This document shows, piece by piece, positions 40,583-45,389 of a DNA stretch of 45,389 nucleotides; position 1 is the stretch's first letter; every line of letters begins with the position of its first letter. The notes below the pieces were generated by a model that had not been told where the DNA came from, made no database searches, and saw only the letters and a program-made list of their open reading frames with translations. The position numbers and the translations under genes are program-made. The DNA is from a virus, in IMG/VR virus record IMGVR_UViG_3300002559_000042. One strand, written 5' to 3'.

Positions 40583-40639
40583 TGATTCGCCCCTTTCCGC
40601 AGCCTGTCTCATCAGCGCCGGGAGGCTATCTCCGGCGGA

Positions 40640-40822
40640 CTAGGCGATCATTGCGCCTAGTTTCGACTTAATTTCTTGCCTGTAATCTATTAGCCTGCTA
40701 TGGTTGTAATCTTTGATAATGAGAAGCACGTCTGTGGTCTCAATGAACCATCCGCACTTGCAACCTAGCAGCTTTTTCCAATGATGATCAACGCTTGAAT
40801 AGTTAGTCAGTTTTTTCTTCAT
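40640..40822 (-). CDS. Hypothetical small protein
   Basis: 60-aa track ORF. ATG follows GTGAGGTG. Confidence 0.6.
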   Translation of the reverse strand: MKKKLTNYSSVDHHWKKLLGCKCGWFIETTDVLLIIKDYNHSRLIDYRQEIKSKLGAMIA

Positions 40823-40900
40823 TTAACACACCTCACTGTGATACAATGAAAGAGTAAATTACATGCGTGAACGTTATAGGCAGTTTGAAGCGCCAACTTC

Positions 40901-41041
40901 TTACTGCTTTTCTTTTTTCCTGATTTCAACCAATCCGTTGACAATTGCTTTAATGTAAATGTCATGAAAAGCTTCATCGTCAACGTTGATATATTCGGAT
41001 AGTGACTTCAGAATAATTTCAGCCTTTTCGTAAATATTCAT
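40901..41041 (-). CDS. Hypothetical micro-ORF (46 aa), hand-translated
   Basis: ATG 41041 in an ATGA overlap with a 26-aa hydrophobic micro-ORF (41038-41118). AGAGGAATGG lies upstream. Confidence 0.4.
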   Translation of the reverse strand: MNIYEKAEIILKSLSEYINVDDEAFHDIYIKAIVNGLVEIRKKEKQ

Positions 41042-41110
41042 TTCAACCATTCCTCTAAAACCCATCTCCCAATGATTATGGCCGGCAGGAACAACCCCAT
41101 GAAAAATAGC

Positions 41111-41398
41111 TCACCCATTTTGTTGGCCACCCAAAAATATAATTTTGTGAATATCAATGCCTTTTTCGATCAACTCAAAGATCATGGCATTGATTCGGTC
41201 CTGTTGAACTTTCCGCTCCTTCAGTCGCTTAAGTTCTGCAAGTGACCGGTTGAAATCAATCATTCGCATTTCTGCCATGTCGATCTGCCCAATTTCCAGT
41301 TCAGTTTCAGCGAGATGCAGGCAGGTTTTACAGCATTTGTAATGTTCGATTGCCTTCGGCAAATCAGCCGGTAGAAAATCTTCTTTGGTAATCATCAA
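41111..41398 (-). CDS. Hypothetical protein (95 aa)
   Basis: Track ORF whose start overlaps the upstream stop (41395-41398). Confidence 0.65.
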   Translation of the reverse strand: MMITKEDFLPADLPKAIEHYKCCKTCLHLAETELEIGQIDMAEMRMIDFNRSLAELKRLKERKVQQDRINAMIFELIEKGIDIHKIIFLGGQQNG

Positions 41399-41913
41399 AC
41401 TCTCCTCTCACTTCTCAGTTTTTTTAGGACTTTCTTCGATTCTTCTAAAACCGAAAGTCCGTAGTCTCTTTCCAACACCATGAGCAGGTTGTCAATCGCC
41501 ACCCGCGCTTCAATGAGCTCGTGCATCATGCGACGGACATTCTCCCGCTCGTCCTTTGAACACACATTTGGCGGCTTTACCAAGGAAACTTCATTGATGA
41601 TCCTGATAACATCTTTTACCTCTGCTTCCGTGATTTCTTCAAGTACCATTCGGTGCCGTTCGACGTATGGACCGCCCATAACCGGGCTAGCGAGGCCGTC
41701 CGAAAACTCGTGCAGGATGGATGCCTCAAACTCATAGTTTTGGTAGATCTGCATGGCCCGGTGGGCAACATCCTTGTTCATGGTCCTCTCCCCTTTTCGC
41801 TGTTTGTTAACCGATTCGTATGATTGATAAGTGTCCTTCGCGATCTGTTTCTGTGTTAGCCCATCTTGTTGCAGAATCGCCAAGGCTTCTTGCACCTTTG
41901 CAGATTCTTTCAT
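41395..41913 (-). CDS. HTH-containing early protein of unknown role
   Basis: ATG 41913 follows AGGGGGA. The N-terminus QQDGLTQKQIAKDTYQSYESVNKQRKG looks like an HTH. Confidence 0.6.
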   Translation of the reverse strand: MKESAKVQEALAILQQDGLTQKQIAKDTYQSYESVNKQRKGERTMNKDVAHRAMQIYQNYEFEASILHEFSDGLASPVMGGPYVERHRMVLEEITEAEVKDVIRIINEVSLVKPPNVCSKDERENVRRMMHELIEARVAIDNLLMVLERDYGLSVLEESKKVLKKLRSERRV

Positions 41914-41976
41914 CAGTAGTTTCCCCCTGTACAAAGATCTTGTTTATTCTGGACATCAGAAAACAGTAAGATAAAA

Positions 41977-42162
41977 CTAGAACGATGCAACACTGTTTTC
42001 CTGGGCAGCAATCCATTTATCGATTGATTCACGCGAAAAGAAGATGCGTTTCCTAACTCGGAAAAATGGGATCTGCTTTTCACGGACCATGGTATAAATT
42101 GTGTCTGGGTGAACACCTAAATAAGTTGCAACTTCTTGGACTGTTAGGGTGTTGTTACGCAT
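41977..42162 (-). CDS. xis: Excisionase-family (MerR-like HTH) DNA-binding protein
   Basis: LTVQEVATYLGVHPDTIYTMVREKQIPFFRVRKRIFFSRESIDKWI is the classic excisionase-family helix-turn-helix pattern. Confidence 0.8.
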   Translation of the reverse strand: MRNNTLTVQEVATYLGVHPDTIYTMVREKQIPFFRVRKRIFFSRESIDKWIAAQENSVASF

Positions 42163-42948
42163 TTAGACCACCACCTCAAATTCTTTGATCAGGAGTTCGG
42201 CAATTTTGATTTGACCCTTGCCAGTGATTAGAGGTGTTAGTTTTTCAACGTCTCCTTCTGTTCGGCTGACAACGGTTGGCTTTACAACAAACAACCCTTG
42301 TTCCAAATAAGTTTGTTTTGGATTGTTGTGTTCACGTCCGCCGGAGATGAGATATCCATGGGAACGTAGCCAAGCGAATAATTTGTTACGGCCGATGTTG
42401 ATGCCGTGCTTGTCGTACAGCATTTTGGCAAATGCTCCGATACTGATTGCACCAGTTGAGTTTGAAACGACTTTTCCAAAACTTGTATACGGTAGGTCAG
42501 CTTTTTGCTGTTCGATCAATTGATTTCGTTCCTGCTCGGCCTTAACTCGTTTTGCTTTTTCTTCTTTGAGATTGGTAAGTAGCCCGATCAGGAAGTCAGG
42601 ATCACTGATTGTTTTTTCGAGCGTTTCTGGTGTCATGTATGCGCCATGTTTTCGGATGGACGGGATAACCTCATGGGTAATCCAACGTTTGAATTCTTTG
42701 GCTTCAGGTTTGCGGCTGCGGAGTATTGCTGAATATAGTCCTGACTCGCTTATGGCAATAGCTCCCCGTTTAAAACCTTCTAATTGAAGGTTTTGCTTTT
42801 CATCATCGTCTAAATGCTGGCACATCGAAAAAGCATCTTTAAATTCCAAAATACTTGCTACATCTTTTGCAACAAACCATGGTTCGCCATCTTTTAAAAT
42901 GGTGCGAACTTCATTTTGTTTAAAATTGAAGACTTGCAATGAGTTCAA
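42163..42948 (-). CDS. Antirepressor (Bro-N domain + KilAC/ANT C-terminal domain)
   Basis: N-terminus LQVFNFKQNEVRTILKDGEPWFVAKDVASILEF (Bro-N). C-terminus ISIGAFAKMLYDKHGINIGRNKLFAWLRSHGYLI (KilAC). Confidence 0.85.
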   Translation of the reverse strand: MNSLQVFNFKQNEVRTILKDGEPWFVAKDVASILEFKDAFSMCQHLDDDEKQNLQLEGFKRGAIAISESGLYSAILRSRKPEAKEFKRWITHEVIPSIRKHGAYMTPETLEKTISDPDFLIGLLTNLKEEKAKRVKAEQERNQLIEQQKADLPYTSFGKVVSNSTGAISIGAFAKMLYDKHGINIGRNKLFAWLRSHGYLISGGREHNNPKQTYLEQGLFVVKPTVVSRTEGDVEKLTPLITGKGQIKIAELLIKEFEVVV

Positions 42949-43191
42949 TTAACAAACCTCCTTTGCTTTTGTTGCTGATTTAGCAACGTTTTTTATAAAA
43001 AAATCTGATACACTGCATTGCAGTAGCTTGGCTAAAATGGGCAGTTGATTTGCCCTTAACTGATATTCTCCCCTTTCGTATTTTAAATAGGTTGAGGCAT
43101 TCCTGAATCCTAATCCATCCGCCATATACTGAAGTGAAAGATTGAGTTCTTTCCTTCTTTTAACAATGAACGCAAGGTTAAACTGTTGCAT
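42949..43191 (-). CDS. Cro-like XRE-family HTH regulator, first gene of the early leftward operon
   Basis: 80 aa; HTH LSLQYMADGLGFRNASTYLKYERGE. Divergent from the repressor gene across the operator region. GGAGGA RBS. Confidence 0.8.
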   Translation of the reverse strand: MQQFNLAFIVKRRKELNLSLQYMADGLGFRNASTYLKYERGEYQLRANQLPILAKLLQCSVSDFFIKNVAKSATKAKEVC

Positions 43192-43207
43192 GATGTCCTC
43201 CTTTCTT

Positions 43208-43285
43208 GTTGCTATATTAACAACTTGTCTCTATTATAAGTTGTTATTTTGGCAAAGTCAACATTTTTTGTTGTTATTTCAGCAA
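43208..43285. promoter_or_regulatory. Three ~16-bp direct operator-like repeats, GTTG(Y)TAT(W)TT..(R)CAA
   Basis: gttgctatattaacaa (43208-43223), gttgttattttggcaa (43240-43255) and gttgttatttcagcaa (43270-43285), spaced 32 and 30 bp apart. The middle one fills the spacer of the cro promoter. Confidence 0.55.
43233..43261 (-). promoter_or_regulatory. Early leftward promoter (PR-like) for cro and the early operon
   Basis: The minus strand reads TTGACT (43256-43261), 17-nt spacer, TATAAT (43233-43238). Confidence 0.75.
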
Positions 43286-43291
43286 AAAATA

Positions 43292-43319
43292 TGTTTCTAA
43301 AACAGAAACATGATAAAAT
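43292..43319 (+). promoter_or_regulatory. 19-bp perfect palindrome TGTTTCTaaaacAGAAACA abutting an extended -10 (TGaTAAAAT) for the repressor operon
   Basis: Palindrome at 43292-43310; TG at 43311-43312 and TAAAAT at 43314-43319. The half-site CTAAAACAGAAA recurs at 43327-43338. Confidence 0.5.
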
Positions 43320-43354
43320 ATTATTGCTAAAACAGAAAAAAGCGTGGTGATACC

Positions 43355-43759
43355 ATGTCCGAACCAGGTCAGATTATTAAAAAACTAAGGGAACAGAACA
43401 ACTGGTCTTTGAGGGAAGTTGAAAAACGAATAGGAATAGATTATTCGGTGATAAGCAGAATTGAATCCGGTAAACGTCCGTTGAAAGACCAAGAAATAAA
43501 AGCGTTTGCTGATTTATTTGGAGTAACGACTGCTTACATATTGGGTGAAGAGGACAAGGAAATTGATGTTGCTGGAGAAAAAATCACATTGGATAAAGAT
43601 GAATATGAAGTTTTTAAGGAATTATTGAAACATCCATCATTATTCCATGATTTAAAAAAAGATCCCGAAAAAAACGTAAGGCACTTGATAAAATCTTATG
43701 AGTTATACAAGAAATATGTAGAGGAAGCATTAAAGGATGATAATGACTATTTAGAATGA
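43355..43759 (+). CDS. CI-like / ImmR-like XRE-family repressor without an S24 autopeptidase domain
   Basis: HTH IIKKLREQNNWSLREVEKRIGIDYSVISRIESGKRP. The C-terminal half is short and helical, with no Ser/Lys LexA-type motif seen. Confidence 0.85.
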   Translation: MSEPGQIIKKLREQNNWSLREVEKRIGIDYSVISRIESGKRPLKDQEIKAFADLFGVTTAYILGEEDKEIDVAGEKITLDKDEYEVFKELLKHPSLFHDLKKDPEKNVRHLIKSYELYKKYVEEALKDDNDYLE

Positions 43760-43782
43760 CATATCCGATTTGAGGTGGAACA

Positions 43783-44409
43783 ATGAGACTTCGACAATTT
43801 ATTTTAATGAAGAAAAAAGATTTTTACGAAGAAGAGGCAAAGAAAATATTGAAACATGTTCAATTCAAGCATCCGTCTGAAATTGATCTATTTACACTAT
43901 GCGATTTATATGGCATGAAAATAAATCACATCAAGGAACCATACAGTCGATCCTGGCCTATTAAAGATAAGCGACGGGGCCTTATTGAATTAGGGACATA
44001 CAAAAATGAAATTGTCGAAAGACAAATTCTTGCTGAAGAATTTTCTCATTTGTATCTACACTATTCAAACGAATTGCTGATGAACGAATATTCACTGAAT
44101 AAAACGGAACTGCAGGCTTTCAAATTGGCTGCAAATTTATTAATGCCGGTTAGCTGGATATTAAAAGCTGATGTTTCTCAACATTATAATAATCGTCAAA
44201 TTTTAGCTGATGAACTTGCGAAAGAATATAATGTGACGGTTGATTTTGCTTTGAACCGCTTAAATTTATTGCAGGAAACTTGTATTTTCAATACAGATTC
44301 TGATGAATTACGTGAGCTACAACCAGATCCAATATTTTATAGAATTCCAAACGTAAAAAAGCAGAATTTAGTAATCATGGCTAACGGCAAGGAACAATTT
44401 TCACTGTAA
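43783..44409 (+). CDS. ImmA/IrrE-family (M78) metallopeptidase-like protein with a variant zinc motif
   Basis: Family-typical layout downstream of the repressor. The motif region is RQILAEEFSHLYLH, i.e. E-E-x-x-H where H-E-x-x-H is canonical. Confidence 0.7.
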   Translation: MRLRQFILMKKKDFYEEEAKKILKHVQFKHPSEIDLFTLCDLYGMKINHIKEPYSRSWPIKDKRRGLIELGTYKNEIVERQILAEEFSHLYLHYSNELLMNEYSLNKTELQAFKLAANLLMPVSWILKADVSQHYNNRQILADELAKEYNVTVDFALNRLNLLQETCIFNTDSDELRELQPDPIFYRIPNVKKQNLVIMANGKEQFSL

Positions 44410-44446
44410 ACCAACTGGAAAAACTTATAACTCGAGGCGAATATAT

Positions 44447-45379
44447 ATGAGAAAAATTGTTATTTCATTAATAACATTATCTGTAATTTTATCATTAATG
44501 GGCTGCGGCAAGCCTCAAGCTCAAGCGCCTAAGCGCCATGTTAACTATATTGCGCCAACTGAATATAAAAATTTGAAAATAGGAATGACAAAAAAACAAG
44601 TGATTAAGGCAATAGGGAAGCCAACGAAGAAAGACCCTAATAATAGCAACATGTGGTATTACAGCATCAAACATAAATTAGCAAAAGATTCTTATGTAAT
44701 TCTTACATTTGACATGAGTAATGATATTAACTCAACCGCTTATGTGTTGATAAGGAAAGAACAAAAGGGACTTTTGACGGATTATGACACTACTGTCGAT
44801 GAATTTACTGGTAAAGATACAAATGATAAATCAAATACAGCTTCTTCCGATTCCAGCTCGGATACAGTCGAATCAGATACCATGAAAGGAGCATCCAGCA
44901 GCTCCGAGTTAAAATTAGCCGCTAAAAAAGCAGATAAAGACAATGTAAAAACAGCTTATATAAAAGATAAAATTGCAGTGATCGAATTCAAAGATGAATT
45001 TGAAACGAATGAGAAAACCATGCTCCAGAATTTTGCTTTATATAGTACCAGAATCATGGAAAAAGAAAAAAATAATTCGAATGTAAACGGATTTGCGTTT
45101 ATCCGGGACACGACTTTTGAAAATACCAAAGGAAATAAAAGCACAGGCACTGCCATTATTGCTTACTTTACTAAAAAGGATGCAAATTCGATTTCCTATG
45201 AGAACTTCTTGCAGCTTGTTGATCTCGACCCTTACAAATTTTATAAAGCTTCAAGTGGGTATTTTATCAATCCAGCGATCTATAAAAATGCGAAGTCTTA
45301 TATGCATGGTTTGCCGGCTTATAAAAATTCCAGTGATTATAAGCTATCCGATGATTTTTCAGAGGATCTAGCTTCATAA
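44447..45379 (+). CDS. Lipoprotein (310 aa) of unknown function
   Basis: Signal peptide with lipobox MRKIVISLITLSVILSLMGC. SmpA/OmlA-like beta-lactamase-inhibitor-type N-terminal motif YKNLKIGMTKKQVIKAIGKPTKKDPN. S/D-rich linker. The 3' end runs into the terminal repeat. Confidence 0.85.
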   Translation: MRKIVISLITLSVILSLMGCGKPQAQAPKRHVNYIAPTEYKNLKIGMTKKQVIKAIGKPTKKDPNNSNMWYYSIKHKLAKDSYVILTFDMSNDINSTAYVLIRKEQKGLLTDYDTTVDEFTGKDTNDKSNTASSDSSSDTVESDTMKGASSSSELKLAAKKADKDNVKTAYIKDKIAVIEFKDEFETNEKTMLQNFALYSTRIMEKEKNNSNVNGFAFIRDTTFENTKGNKSTGTAIIAYFTKKDANSISYENFLQLVDLDPYKFYKASSGYFINPAIYKNAKSYMHGLPAYKNSSDYKLSDDFSEDLAS

Positions 45380-45389
45380 TTATATAATT
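45289..45389. repeat. Terminal direct repeat, identical to 1..101
   Basis: See the feature at 1..101. Confidence 0.97.

Larger units (their letters stand above)
1..45389. mobile_element. Complete temperate siphovirus-type phage/prophage genome, circularly closed (unit 45,288 bp)
   Basis: Full set of lysogeny, early/replication, packaging, head, tail and lysis modules plus attP. The window ends overlap by 101 identical bases. Confidence 0.9.

Noticed and set aside
40839-40851. 13-nt identity tgatacaatgaaa shared with the strong promoter -10 region at 4706-4718, suggesting a plus-strand promoter antisense to the early genes
   Set aside because: By rough estimate, about ten chance 13-mer matches are expected within a 45-kb AT-biased sequence. 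The -35 (tcattt) is poor and no convincing plus-oriented terminator follows. The downstream 31-aa plus-strand ORF has only a weak RBS.

Overview
The window is one complete temperate siphovirus-type phage or prophage genome. It closes into a circle: bases 1-101 are identical to 45289-45389, giving a unit length of 45,288 bp. Ribosome-binding sites, sigma-A-like promoters and gene content (DnaD/DnaC-like replication, YqaJ/RecT, LysM/SH3 endolysin, Excalibur nuclease, ImmA-like peptidase) point to a low-GC Gram-positive, Bacillaceae-like host.

Plus strand:
- An immunity and lysogeny operon: XRE-type repressor, ImmA-like peptidase, lipoprotein, membrane-tethered SNase-Excalibur nuclease and tyrosine integrase.
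- An attP site built on the 3' part of a type-II tRNA gene. It is flanked by five GTCAACAA arm repeats and a replacement terminator.
- Accessory (moron) cassettes with their own promoters and terminators. One carries a secreted ComEC-type MBL hydrolase plus a DUF3006-like gene. The other carries three function-unknown genes behind a near-consensus promoter.

Minus strand:
- Early genes: cro-like repressor, Bro-N/KilAC antirepressor, excisionase, many small translationally coupled ORFs, and YqaJ exonuclease plus RecT.
- Replication genes: a DnaD-like organizer with an internal iteron origin and a DnaC-like loader.
- Other early genes: a dimeric dUTPase with a zinc-finger insertion, a DUF1064 nuclease and a minimal methyltransferase-like gene.
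- A late activator preceded by a terminator.
- Packaging, head and tail genes: terS/terL, portal, head, tail, tape measure, Dit, a Tal fused to a metallophosphoesterase, and a 1387-aa fibre with an S74 chaperone.
- A lysis cassette.

Most interesting observations:
- The unknown three-gene cassette at 4686-6235.
- Three tiny plus-strand promoter-plus-terminator units in intercistronic gaps of the minus-strand early operon. One is exactly antisense to the replication organizer's ribosome-binding site.
- The Tal-phosphoesterase fusion.
- The zinc-finger insertion in the dUTPase.
- An orphan 13-nt anti-SD complement upstream of the scaffold and capsid genes.
- Two predicted extracytoplasmic nuclease-fold proteins on either side of int and attP.

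All family calls come from motif recognition by eye; no database search was run. ORFs under 60 aa were translated by hand.
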